Below are positions 50,824 to 63,443 of a stretch of 64,000 nucleotides of DNA, piece by piece. A model generated the notes under the pieces. The model was not told where the DNA came from. It saw only the letters and a list, made by a program, of their open reading frames with translations, and did no database searches. Made by a program: the position numbers and the translations under genes. Positions within the stretch are counted from its first letter, which is position 1. Each line of letters opens with the position of its first letter. Source of the DNA: Octopus bimaculoides (lineage: Eukaryota); NCBI RefSeq assembly GCF_001194135.2, contig NC_068981.1, positions 127,501,663 to 127,565,662 on the forward strand, written 5' to 3'.

Positions 50824-52340
50824 TTAAACTTGGATGAGTAACGAATAGCTTCCTAGTTTCTTACCCAAGATTTGAAACCAAGTCTACATTTTTCTACCAG
50901 TTCCTTTCCTATTGTTCTCTTGCTTTAGCACTAAGAAATTTAAGGGAGTCAAGTGTCACACTAAGTTAAGTTTTATAGTCTAAATTAACATTCTTGGGTT
51001 AAATAGACTTTAGTCAGATAAGAGACGGAAAATCTTTTTACTAGCCAGACCTAATTTAGTTATCAAAAAATATTAATACAGAACCCCAAATAAGTCCTCT
51101 CTCTCTTTGGTCTGTTGGCACCTAGCTGAAGGGCACCTATTTCTCTCCCTTCACTTATGGATTGTTATCCAGCAACAACACAACTACTTTTACCCTAACT
51201 ACTTGTCAGCCCTGAGGCCAGACCCTTGTATTCTTTATCTCTCCTTCTTTCATCAGTCTTAGCAGTCAACAGAATATGAACTGAACTACCTACTGACTAG
51301 ATAACAGAACGATAAATTATCATTGGGTAACAACTAAAAAAAAAGTTGTATCTTACGTTGTAACGATGAAAATGAAGGACCATTTCAACCAACTAATATT
51401 TTCTTCCTCTCATTCATTTGCTACATATAAATCGTTTCAATTTCGGTGACGCCGACGTGCAAACATGTGCATGTAATCGTTACAGATTCGAAGCAGCCAT
51501 TCGTACCACAAGGATATTCGCGAACACTCTTTCAGAGACCCACTGAGTATTTCTCAAATTCAATTTAATGAAAAAAAAAAAAAGTCTTCGATCCAGTCAC
51601 AGGTGATGTCATTCAGAGATCAGTAAAATATAAGGCTCTAGAACTCTACCATTTTGCTCGGAAGGCTTATTGGGAACCTTTGATGATACAGTCATTCTGT
51701 TTCAGGAGTTCATCTGGAAACAGCCATTTAGTCCTGCATTGTTTGTACTGGGCATCAGTGATATTGCTAGGCTGGGTTTGGGGTTTGATTTGGATTTGAT
51801 CCTGGCTGAAGCAAAGTTGGTGACTAAAAAACATGGTCGTAAAGGCTTTTGAAGGTAATGATGCTAAATGTGAACTTTGGATAGTCAACCATTCACCTAC
51901 ACCACATATAAATAAAATTCTTTCCTTCGATCAAAATTAGAAATTCGGAATCGAAGTGAAATTCGTATCATGGATGCCTATCCATGGCGTTTATTTTCCT
52001 TGGAGCTCTAATTTTTTTTATCTTGCTTTCGAACAGATGTCAAAGTCGAAGTAATTATTCAAAAACAAGTTGTGCTTTGTTCTTAGGAATTGTTTATTGA
52101 TTTCCAAGTTAGTTTATATAAAGAAAGTTAACTCCTCGTTTAGATTTTCGTCGACCCTGCAGCATTTTGACAATTTGGTTTATTCGCAACCTATTTTAAA
52201 GGCGATAAGAAATTAAACAAATTACTATGGAAATATTTACCAATGTTTCATATAGAGCGTAAGCGCTGAACAAGGGAGATAATTCATGTTAGTAAATAAA
52301 TTACTGGAAAAAAATTACAGCAGGTGGCAGTAGCGAATAC

Positions 52341-52349
52341 TCACATGAC
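52341..52349 (+). promoter_or_regulatory. M-box/CLEAR-like element upstream of V-ATPase d
   Basis: TCACATGAC (GTCATGTGA on minus), ~105 bp upstream of the ATG. Confidence 0.55.
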
Positions 52350-52453
52350 ACACACACACCCACCCACTCCCCTTGTAATTCTTGTCCGTATACGATTGTG
52401 AACATCGTTCCTTCCTTTACTTTGCAACTGTGGTCTTACAGGCAGGCTTCAAT

Positions 52454-52577
52454 ATGATGTCTGAAATATCTTTTAACATTGACCACGGCTACTTGGAAGG
52501 CTTGGTCCGTGGTTTCAAAGGTGGCATACTTAAACAATCCGACTACGTGAACTTGGTTCAGTGTGAAACATTGGAAG
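52454..52577 (+). CDS. ATP6V0D1: V-type proton ATPase V0 subunit d, exon 1
   Basis: [41 protein letters not shown](D); donor GTGAGT at 52578; start could be either ATG (52454 or 52457). Confidence 0.96.
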
Positions 52578-54494
52578 GTGAGTGCAATATATTAATTATA
52601 TTCCGTGGGTGGTTGTTACATTTGGTCTTCGATATCTAACCTCAATATAGGCGGATATATCCGAAATAATTTATTTTTCAAATATATATTTAATACACGC
52701 ACACACACACACACATACATACACACACATATAATGTCTGTCTGTCTATACGCATTATATTCATTCCGCAACAGATCGAATGAATGGAAGCATTTGCTTC
52801 GCATGGTCTAAAGAAATCATTAATATCTATATTTTACACATCCGAGGACATCAATGTTCACTGTATGCTGCCAAGGAAGTATAAGTAACCTTTAAGTTTA
52901 TAACACCCCAGACGTAGAAAATAAAACAAGGTGCTTCATTTGAATAATTTAACTTTTTATTAACCCTTTTTTTTTAATAACGAAATTTGCCTCGACGAAG
53001 GATTTTTTACAGGGTGGAAATGTCTAATACTATGTTTTACTGCAAGTATAAATCTTTAGTCCATATATGTTAATATCAAAGCATTTATAAAATTTCATTT
53101 AACCTATTGGAAAGGTTTCCACACTGATAAGATTTTATTAACTGTTTAAACAACTACCTTTTAAATTCGAGTATCGACAGTTTAAACTAAAGGCTTAATT
53201 ACAGCTTGATGTATTTTCTGCATTTGTTTATGCGTTTTCTATCCATTATATTGGTAAAATTGAAATAATTTTAGATGGGATCAAGGGTTATTGACGAGCG
53301 ATTTCAATCGTACATTCAGCCATCTAAAGCGAGTCTTTTCCAAATGTATACTCATTTGTGGAAATTACTTCCTTCTATGTTGCTGATGATAGGTTTTTGT
53401 TGTTGGTTCTAGTTATAATGACACACTTTCCACATTTTGGAGGCCGTAGTTATAAGTCATTGATAGCTAATCCTTGAGTTTTGAACCACAATTCTACGTG
53501 TTTGGATGAATACACTCAAACATAGTTTATCTGTACTATCAATAGAATGTAACACTCAATGCATTGGTGGCACCAACCACAGTATCTTATTGGTACTGTG
53601 GTTGGTGCCACCAATGCACTTTCTAGATGCCAAGCATTTCCTAACGCGTACGCATACCCATACACGTTTTAAAAATTTCTCCATAAATCATGATACAGCT
53701 TTTATCACATGATATTTCTAAATGACTTCAATTTTCGTCAACAACTCTTGGTTAACTAGAACACTCCCATTTCAACTATCAGTTAGGTGAACTGTCTACG
53801 ACTTGCTTTGTGTTTCTCATTGGAATTGTTTCTTACGAAGAAAAGTAATACTCTTACAAAGGCATACAGGTCGCGTTTTTTTTTTTTACATTTCCCTCAC
53901 AATATCTCTTCTAGACTTTTGTTTCTAACATTGACACAAGGCCTGAAATTTTGGGTTAGAGGGTTTGTCGACTAAATCAACTCTTGTGCTGGTACTTTAT
54001 TGAATAAATAATAAAGAATTCTAATATTAGTATGAAGCCACATATTTTATAGCAGGGAACAGTCGATTTAATAGACTCTTACGTCTCTGCACTCAGATAA
54101 TTAGCCAAAATAATTACAATAATGAATTTTCCGATATGTTTCATGTCTTTAGTTTTTTTCATAGCAAACAAAAGTATGCTAATAGCTCACCATTATTCTA
54201 AACATTTAGTCATTAATATTGGTTTTCTCGTAGTCTGATTATTAATATTGGTCTTCGTCGGTCTGTAGGTGTAAGAGAGTTTTAAAAATGGTTTACTAAA
54301 TTCCTCGAAAACTCCAAAAGGAATTCTTCAGTTTGAAGTACTTCTTTAAAGATCGAATTGATAATAGGGATTTGTTCTCTAGCTATACAAGATCCAGTTA
54401 TGGGTTTGTTGATTTATGTTTGGTTATGTAACTCACTGTAATTAAAATCCTGCGATCATTTTTCTTTTACTCTTTGTAAACATTAGCCACTATA

Positions 54495-54860
54495 GGCGCA
54501 GGAGTGGCTGAGTGGTAAGTAGCTTGCTTACTAAGCACGATTCCGGGTTTAGTCCCACTGCGTGGCACCTTGGACAAGTGTCTTCTACTATAGCTTCGGG
54601 TCGACCAAAGCCTTGTGAGTGGTTTTGGTAGACAGAAAGTGAAAGAAGCCCTATGTTTGTGTGTCTGTGTTAGTCCCCCCCACCATCGCTTGACAACTGG
54701 TGCCGGTGTGTTTACGTCCCTGTAATCTAGCGGTTCGGCAAAAGAGACCGATAGAATAAGTACTAGACTTACAAAGAATGTCCTGGTGTCGATTATTTCG
54801 ACTGAAGACGATACTCCAGCATGGCCGCAGTCAAATGGCTAAAACAAATAAGAGTAAAAA
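54495..54860 (+). mobile_element. full-length tRNA-derived SINE (CORE/OR-like)
   Basis: A-box gtggctgagtgg, B-box gggtttagtccc, body ggacaagtgtcttctactatagc... Confidence 0.85.
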
Positions 54861-55024
54861 AGTACTACCTCTTGTACGAAATGATATCATAAAGTAACAC
54901 GTCTAATATATTTAACTAGAGATTCTCTAGTTATTGGTTCTCATCTGGGGGCAGCATGACCCTTGAGGGTCCATATAAGATTTTGTTAAAACTTACGTGT
55001 AATAAAATCGATTATATTTAAGAT

Positions 55025-55470
55025 ATGAGGAATTAGGTACATTATTTACATTTGACGGATATTTATCATCTTATTTGTTAACACAACATTTCGGCATCAG
55101 GTGTCTTAGGGAAATTTCGAACCTGGATTCTCATTCCTGAGGTATTTTTCGTTATTATTATTATTCAGGTCACTCGGAATTTTGGGGTTAGTAGCTCACG
55201 CTCTCAACCACTTCGCTATATTCCTGTGGGCAATTATGGAGTGAATTTTAGGGCTTATAAATCTAATATTTTCCTATCCTTCCTTAATACCAGTTCCCAT
55301 ATGCTATTCATATCTGCACTCGGTCTGCTTAGGAGGTTGTTGTGTCCTAGCATATGTGCTGCTGCTTTTAGTTTTCGAATTTTCCAGTGGTGTTCTCTGT
55401 CTATTATTTTAACTTCATCCCACAGCGTGTGTGTGTTTTCGCTCATTTTTCTCGGTTTTCCTTGTCATTA
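55025..55470 (-). mobile_element. Penelope-like element 3' end (GIY-YIG C-terminus plus terminal repeat)
   Basis: LWDEVKIIDREHHWKIRKLKAAAHML; collapsed CTGATG..CCGAAA core at 55089-55100. Confidence 0.75.
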
Positions 55471-55939
55471 ACATCTGTTCAATTCTTTGTAAAGCTGCAT
55501 TTCAGCTTAGGTTGCAACCACAGGTTGTAAAAATGAAATAAAGAACTCTGAATTTTCTGTTTTCAATTACCTGTTGTTAAGTAGTTTAAATTGCTATATT
55601 ACTGGCTTTAAAGATTACCATTTCAATATTCCTTTTCTGGTAATTTCACACTTGAACGTTTATTTTGCAGAAATTACCAAATTCACAAGGCAAAAAAAAA
55701 AAAAGAAAAAACCGAAAAAAAAACAACACTCAAAATGACTTAGTGATATTATATTAATATTTAAGACTTATGATATCGAATTGTGTGGTTGTATTTATAG
55801 CATATTTTTCTAAAAGATAAATCGTTCCTTATTGTCAGAAAAATTTCTCTCATGGCCAAAATTACTATTAAGGCACCAACAAACACCCACATAGTCACAT
55901 TACTTTTTAATGATATTTTTTATTAATAAGGTCTGGAAG

Positions 55940-56430
55940 GAGGATAGTTGTTCATGGCCTTTCCAGGCCCTCTGACACTGGTGACTGATGCTAATTAACA
56001 TTATGCTTCAACTGTTGGAAAGACATGCAAGGTGGGAATTCCAGAGAGCTGACCTACTGAGATGTAGCCCTGGGAATAGTGTGGGGTGTGGAGGAGTTCA
56101 ACACAACATGGGTGATAAGGAGAAATGAGTTGGTTCAACAATTATCTGTGAGTGACTTCATTCCCGTCAGTCAAGTGGCCGTTTTTTCTATAATGTCTGT
56201 ATATATAACTGCAGCATTATCCCAGATGTGGGAACAGTTCTCCATTGTAAGTTTCATCTGTAGGTAGTGCTAATAGTTGTTGTGGGCCAAAGTATTTTCC
56301 GGCTCTGATGAGAAGGGCTATCAGTCTTTGCTAAGTTGAGGATGTGTTTGCCTCTAAAGATTCCCAGTTTGATATTGCCCAGCATTTGGAGCATCATGAG
56401 GCATCTTATTGTATGCTGATCATATTTAAG
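55940..56430 (-). mobile_element. CR1/L2/Jockey-group LINE, RT C-terminal fragment
   Basis: KHILNLAKT, LLIRAGKYFGPQQLLAL, MKLTMENCSHIWDNA with frameshifts. Confidence 0.65.
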
Positions 56431-59409
56431 GGTGTGAAGTGTAATGTTTTCTTGGTGTGTACAGTGATTGTGTTTTATGGATGAGGTTCCATAGTGTAAA
56501 TTAGATTAAAAATGTCTTCATTACAAGAGCTCAAAAATACCATTGATTGGTACAACTATTAATTCTACAGCTGAGGTGATGGGTGTTAGAAATGGTATAT
56601 TGGACACAATACTTTACATTTTAAATTCTAACATTGCTGGGGTTGACTTTAACTTTAATTCCTATGTAGGTTAATAAAATAAGTACAAGTGAAATATTGC
56701 AGGTTTAAATTGACTATATTCTCCTCTCTCAAAATTTGTGGTCTTGTGTCTCTGTTAAAAGTCATCATTTCTGCATGTATCTAGTATTTGCTTCCTCGAA
56801 GTTTCCCTTTGTAAATTTCTTGGTTGGTGGTTGGAGCTAGAAGGAACTGTGTTTTTGTTTTATTACTGTGTGTTCTCTTCGAGACATTTCTAGACTTTGC
56901 TGCTCTAAGAAAAGAGGATAAAATTGGAAAGATCTAATGGAAGACACGTGAACTGACATTGTATTATAGATCCATGTAATATGGCAACAGTTCAATGTAA
57001 CATCCTTATTGTTATGAAGAGACATTCCTTTGCAGGCATTTTATCTCTTAGTATCAGCCTAAAATTCTCTCCTGGAAAGTTACTTGAAGTGGAATTGAAT
57101 ACTAACTAGGAGGAGATTCATATCTCATCTACTGTCATAATGATAAACATTAGTCCTTTGCTTTGGAAAAGATTAACCTTGTTTTTAACTTAATGTCATC
57201 TTGTTTGGTGGATTCACATACCTAAAGATACAAGGAGTTTCATAAAATAGACTACCAATATCTATTTGGAGAGAGAGACACTGCTTTCAGCAGTGTATAC
57301 TTGTTAAAACTTTCAGGACATTTAGTGGAATAAAATTGCCTGTAGGAAAAACTGGTACAGTCTACAATAAAATGCTATTCTCTCTGGCTAATTCTAATAA
57401 GAGGACTTTGAGTTTATTTTGTATTATTAAATATTGTACTAATAATGTATATTGTTAGTTTTCTCTTGCTTGAGTGTTTCTTTTTCATTGGCAATATATT
57501 TGAATTGGTTGATATTCCTTTCAATACATTGTTGACAAGACAAAGTAACCACACTGAACTATCATTAGAATAAACAACAGCATTAGCCCATTATTGATTA
57601 GATGTGCATTGTTTTCTTTTTTTCTTTTAAGGAATAGTTTTCATTTTGTGAAATAGGCTGCATGCACCATCAAAGGTACAGCTGGTGTTGATAATGATAA
57701 TGTCCATGACGGGGACTTGTTGAACAGTTGTTTATTCTGAAGAAATTTTAGTTTAGTATCAGAAGCTTAATATCAGAAATATAAGGAACAAATCAATTAT
57801 AAGTTTTAATTCTTTTTTGAGTTTTATTGTTTTCAGTCATATGAACCTTTTTTTTTTTTTTCTTTTTTTGGTGCTGTTCTAGCACGGACTGGTTTAAGAG
57901 GGTTGATATTTGTCTATATTGTCAGATGCCCTGGCACTAAGCTATGGCACAGGCCTCTATATCAGTCATAGGTAAACTGTTCTGCAGAATTTTCTGAATG
58001 GCATGCCTAATGAAAAATTACCTCAAGTCTTTTTAGTAGTGCAGTCTGTCTGATAATGAGACGCATCTCATGCAACTCACTTTTCGAAAAAAAGTTACCC
58101 ATGTCTGCTCTACATGGTGACTCAGTTTGCTAGAAATAGCAGCCAGATCCCACCAGATAACACCCTATTGTATTAAATGCAGATACATTGGACAATGTAG
58201 TTCCTGTTATACAAAAAAAAAAAAAAAAAAGGATGATCATGATTAGGAAAGTCTTTGTTCATAAGTTTACTGGGTTAGGACTGGCCTGGTGCTAAACAAC
58301 AAAACTAATGGAGAGTTCTGTGGACTGACAATAGATATATTTCTGTCAATTTCTGATAGCATTGCCCATTCTATCAGGAATTGTTTAGATGTGTGAAATG
58401 CAGTGCAGTAGTGGACAGTGTTTGAATGGAAGTGTTGGTGGCAATGATTGAAAAGAGGACAAACAAATCACCATGTTTAATAAAATGAGATGGTTTTAAT
58501 GTTTTCAAACTTGTCCAACATCATCGAAAGAAGGAAGAATATGCATGCAAATTCTATTTTATTTACGATTTGGGAGTGGGGAACAAAATTGTATTTATAT
58601 TTTTGGTGGGTGGGAAGACTGATATCAGTTTGAGAACCACTGTAATAGCAGGTCATGTACCTAATCAGTTTTTTTTTTGTCTTTATAAATAGCAGTGGTA
58701 GTACTCCAAGGCAGTTTAGCTAGAGCTGAGTTATTGTGATCCTCAAGATTTTACTGAGTTTTGCAGCTTGATACAGAGTTTGGTTTAGTCATAAGCAAGA
58801 ATTTGTATTGTAACTATTATGGTGTCTGTAGGCAGTTGGACATGCTTTCGAGGCATCACACCATAACCCATGAACTATCTTCTGCAGTTCTCTTAGAGCA
58901 GCTGTTTTATTGTCTGAGACATTCCTTACAATGCAGCCATAAAGAAACATAGATATTTGATTTCTAACTAAATAAAAATTAAAAAAGGATACATTTGAAT
59001 ATAAAATATCTTTCTGAAGAATACAGCACAATGTATCATCATCATCATAATTTAATGTCTGTTTTCCATATTGGAATGGGTTGGATGGCTTGACAGGATC
59101 TGGTGAATTTCGTATCAGCTTGGCATGGTTTCTCTGGCTGGATGCCCTTCCTAATGTGTGTACTGAGTGCTTTTTCATGTCACTGGCACTAGTAGGGTTA
59201 CAAATTGTTAAAACAATTTTAATACTAAAGATATATATTTGAGAATTTTTATCACATAAAAGCAAAACTTGTTCAATTCGTAGATCTTCCTTACTGCACT
59301 GAATCTAAAATATTGTCTTGAGATTTGAAATTGGACTGTAGAATAGGTTTGCTGAGAACTTAGTGTTGCACATTGGTGCTCACTGGTATTGCTAGAAATA
59401 TGATAATGA

Positions 59410-60285
59410 TGATGATCATCATCATCGTTTAACGTCCGCTTTCCATGCTAGCATGGGTTGGACGACTTGACTGAGGACTGGTGAAACCGGATGGCAACAC
59501 CAGGCTCCAATCTAAATTTGGCAGAGTTTCTACAGCTGGATGCCTTTCCTAACGCCAACCACTCAGAGTATAGTAGGTGCTTTTACGTGTCACCTGCACA
59601 AAGGCCAGTCAGGCGATACTGGCAACGGCCACGCTCGAAATGGTGTCTTTTATGTGCCACAGGCACAAGCTAGTCCAGGGGCACTGGCAACGATCTCGCT
59701 CGAAAATCCTACGGAGGCCAGTCAGGTGGTACTGGCAATGGCCACGCTCAAAATGGTGCATCTCATGTANNNNNNNNNNNNNNNNNNNNNNNNNNNNNNN
59801 NNNNNNNNNNNNNNNNNNNNNNNNNNNNNNNNNNNNNNNNNNNNNNNNNNNNNNNNNNNNNNNNNNNNNNNNNNNNNNNNNNNNNNNNNNNNNNNNNNNN
59901 NNNNNNNNNNNNNNNNNNNNNNNNNNNNNNNNNNNNNNNNNNNNNNNNNNNNNNNNNNNNNNNNNNNNNNNNNNNNNNNNNNNNNCCCTCAACTGTTAGG
60001 GTGTGGCACTTTTTCACGCAGCTATCCTCATCCATTCTCACCACATGTCCATACCAGCACAATCGTCTCTCTTGCACACCACAACTGATGCTTCTAATGT
60101 TCAGCTTTTCTCTCAAGATACTTACACTCTGACGGGTATTCACATTGACATTACACATCCAACGGAGCATACTGGCTTCATTCCTTGCGAGCTTACGTAT
60201 GTCCTCAGCAGTTACAGCCCATGTTTCACTGCCATGTAGCATGGCTGTTCGTACACATGCGTCATACAGTCTGCCTTTTTGAATA
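59410..60285 (-). mobile_element. 5'-truncated RTE LINE with gap
   Basis: MLHGSETWAVTAEDIRKLARNEASMLRWMCNV...WYGHVVRMDEDSCVKK linked to the young 3' tail. Confidence 0.88.
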
Positions 60286-61325
60286 AAGAATTGACAGCAC
60301 TGTTAAAATATAGGTCCTGCTTCTGTTTTTCTATCTCCTTCTGTATGAGTGTATAATTGTTTAGGTGTTCCAACCTTAACTGTGCCTTTTCTCTTCAAGC
60401 ATAGTGTACTCCTGATTATACTATCCAATGTGTCCTTTATAAGGTTGTAAAGTGAGGTTTGAGGGGAAGTTGCTTACTATTTTTCACTGATCAAGTGATT
60501 ACACAGAGGCATCATTTTAACAGGTGTATTGAAAGTGTAATTTGTATCATATAGTTATGCGTGTAGATCAAATTATGTTGTTTACATATAATCCATATAC
60601 TCATTTCAATTTTTCCCTAATCTCTCCCTAACTATAAAGCTTCATTTGTACTTACTACAATTAATCTCATTTTGCTATCCTTTCACAATTCTGTATTGAC
60701 TTATTTCACTGTAGTCTCTTGTCTGGTGTCATTATCCTCAGTTAATTGCCACTCTCCATGCTGGCATGGGTTGAACTGTTTGAAAGAATCTGGCAAGCTG
60801 CAGGGCTTTCTTTTGAAATAATTAACCTTTAACTATGACAGCTCCCATCCTATCAATCACCCAATCTATATACTTCTCTTCAAATTCCTTCTCTCATTAT
60901 TCTATGTTTGCAATTTTCTTCACTTTGTTTTCTCTTTGTCAGCCTTAGTCTTCCTGCTTTGAGTGTAGCCTATCTGATAACTTTAAATTACAAATGACAG
61001 AACATACACATAATGAGTGTGTATGAATGGATTAAGGTCATGCATATTTGAGGAATACTCAACCACTTGTACACTTATGCAACTGAACATTACTTGAATA
61101 AATTTCACCAGTCTAACATGGCTTCCACCAGGGGCCATGGCACTGATCTTCTTCTTTCAACTAACTTATAAAAGGAAAATAAAACTGCTTTGGTACATAT
61201 TCAGGAGAAATGTAACAAACTGCAACCCATGATGTAAGAATTATCTTATTTTAGGTGATAATCCAGTTAATCTACTTCCAGGTGTTAAATAATGGATACT
61301 TAGTTCATAAACTTTTCTTCTACAG

Positions 61326-61497
61326 ATTTAAAACTCCATCTCCAAAGTACTGATTATGGTAACTTTTTGGCAAATGAACCAAGTCCTCTAACAGTGAATG
61401 TAATTGATGAACGCCTCCGAGATAAGCTAGTCATTGAGTTCCAACATCTACGCAACCATTCCCTAGAACCCTTGGCAACATTCCTTGACTACATCAC
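61326..61497 (+). CDS. ATP6V0D1: V-type proton ATPase V0 subunit d, exon 2; gene continues beyond window
   Basis: ttctacAG|61326 ... 61497|GTGAGT; (D)[56 protein letters not shown](T). Confidence 0.96.
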
Positions 61498-62059
61498 GTG
61501 AGTATTATGTCAATTGCCATTTTTGAGTTTACCAAGAACCACAAGCAAAGCTAATTTGTTTAGTGGTCCTCAAATTGTTTTTAAATTATCATATAATGTC
61601 ATATGTTAAGATTACTTATGTTAGAAGGATTTTGTAGTTCGATTTTTGCTATATTAACTTAAGTTGGTTGTTATATTCTCTAGTATGTACCATATTTGAT
61701 AACATTAAAAAGAAAAAAAAAAAAGGGCCGAAGTATACTAGACACAATTTTAGCAGCACATATACAGGAAAAAGTGAGCAACAAGGACAAAATTAGCTTA
61801 TGGATGACTCAATTTCCCATATAGGACCCAGCGGATGGGGTGGTGAGAAAAAGTGTCTTATATGCCATAAGATATGGTACTGGAATTCATAATTAGAGAA
61901 ATTATCTATGTCTTGTATGCTCTTCAACATTCTGTCTTCTTATCAGGAATAATAAGGAACTGTTCTTAGTAATTTTGGTTTATTTTGGCTAGACATGGCA
62001 AATTTTGTAATTTAAGCTGTATTAATTGTGTTTAAAGAAATGATTATTAGTAAAATCAC

Positions 62060-62260
62060 AAAGATGGCAAGCTGGCAGAATTGTTAGCATGCCAGATAAC
62101 ATGCTTAGCAGCATTTCTTCTGGCTTTACATTCTGAGTTCAAATGCTGTTAAGGTCAACTTTAACTTACATACTTTTGGGGATCAATAAATAAGAACCAG
62201 TTGAGTTTTAGGGTCAATATAATTGACTGCCCCCCCCCTCCCACAAGATTTCAGGTCTTT
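62060..62260 (+). mobile_element. Meta-domain-like SINE
   Basis: gcaagctggcagaattgttagc... as at 4215. Confidence 0.65.
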
Positions 62261-62499
62261 TTTAAAGTTATATTACTGAAGACCAATTGTTTGTATTAGT
62301 TTATAAATTATCATTGGCTTTTATTGGAGTATACTTAGATGTTGTAGCCTTTTTTTTGTGTTTGAATAAAAGAAGCGTTGCATATGAAGTGTTACATCTC
62401 AATCAATAAAAGAGGAATTTAAAGGAGATTGAACCGATACCCAGTATATTGGTTTCATTTATAGGAAATACTAGGGTAAGGGTTATGATCCTCTTTGGT

Positions 62500-62790
62500 C
62501 ATGAATGACCACGGGATTGCACCTAGAAAGTTACCCTCTGAAGCACAAGTCCAGGCAAGGTTGTTTATGGAAGACCAGCATACTAGCCTCCTCTCTCCAT
62601 GCCACTGATATTATCCAAGACAGAGGTCAATGCAGCTTGTCACCCATGGCGTAACTCATTTCTTCAGCTGAGTGAACTGGGGCAATGAAGAATTGTCTTG
62701 CTCAAGAACACAACACACAGCCCAGTCTGGGAATCGAACTCACTACCTCATGATTGTGAGCCCAATACTCTAACCACTGAGCCATGTGCC
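62500..62790 (-). mobile_element. tRNA-derived SINE (third family)
   Basis: minus head ggcacatggctcagtggttagag...gagttcgattcccag with A and B boxes. Confidence 0.7.
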
Positions 62791-63047
62791 ATCACTTGTT
62801 AGAAGGAAATACATAGTTGACCATAACTGTTTGTAACTCAGAATTAATTGTAAGTGAAGAAACTAAATATTGTAATGCAATTAGTCCTCTGTTTCTGTAA
62901 ATTTTAATTAGTATCTTTAAATCATTTTAATGGATACGCACAATGTATTTTATTCCATAGAAAATGAGAAGTTAAATAAATTTTAAAATTTATTTAAAGG
63001 CTGACACCAGCTTTTTTAACTTTGTATTATCATTTCTTGATTATATA

Positions 63048-63443
63048 GATGCAGGTGTGGCTGTGTGCTAAGAAGCTTGCTTCCTAACCACATGGTTCTG
63101 GGTTCAGTCCCATTGTGTGGCACCCTGGGCAAATGTCTTTCACTATATCCTCAGGCTGACCAAAGCCTTGTGAGTGGATTTGGTAGGTGGAAACTGAAAG
63201 AAGCTTGTCGTATATATGTAAATCTAAGTGTGTGTGTCTTTGTGTTTGTCCCCCACCACTGCTTGACAACCAGTGTTATTGTGTTTACATCCCTGTAATT
63301 TAGCAGTTCATCAAAAGAGATCAGTTGAATAAGTACCAGGCTTAGAAAAAAAAAAGTACTGGAGTTTGAATCTTTTGACTAAAAATTCTTCAAGGCAGTG
63401 CCCCAGCATGACCACAGTCTAATGACTGAAACAAGTAAAAGAT
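63048..63443 (+). mobile_element. full-length tRNA-derived SINE (CORE/OR-like)
   Basis: same family as 54495 and 14355. Confidence 0.85.

Noticed and set aside
36444-52453. Shared bidirectional promoter for the divergent Sec61 alpha and ATP6V0D1
   Set aside because: Start codons are 16 kb apart and separated by transposons; each gene has its own CpG-retaining proximal region.
54495-54580. tRNA genes at 54495, 62710 and 63048
   Set aside because: A and B boxes are present but they continue into SINE bodies and no full cloverleaf forms.
56305-56330. CTGATGAG hammerhead-like motif
   Set aside because: Lies within the antisense of a CR1-type ORF and has no downstream GAAA or stems.
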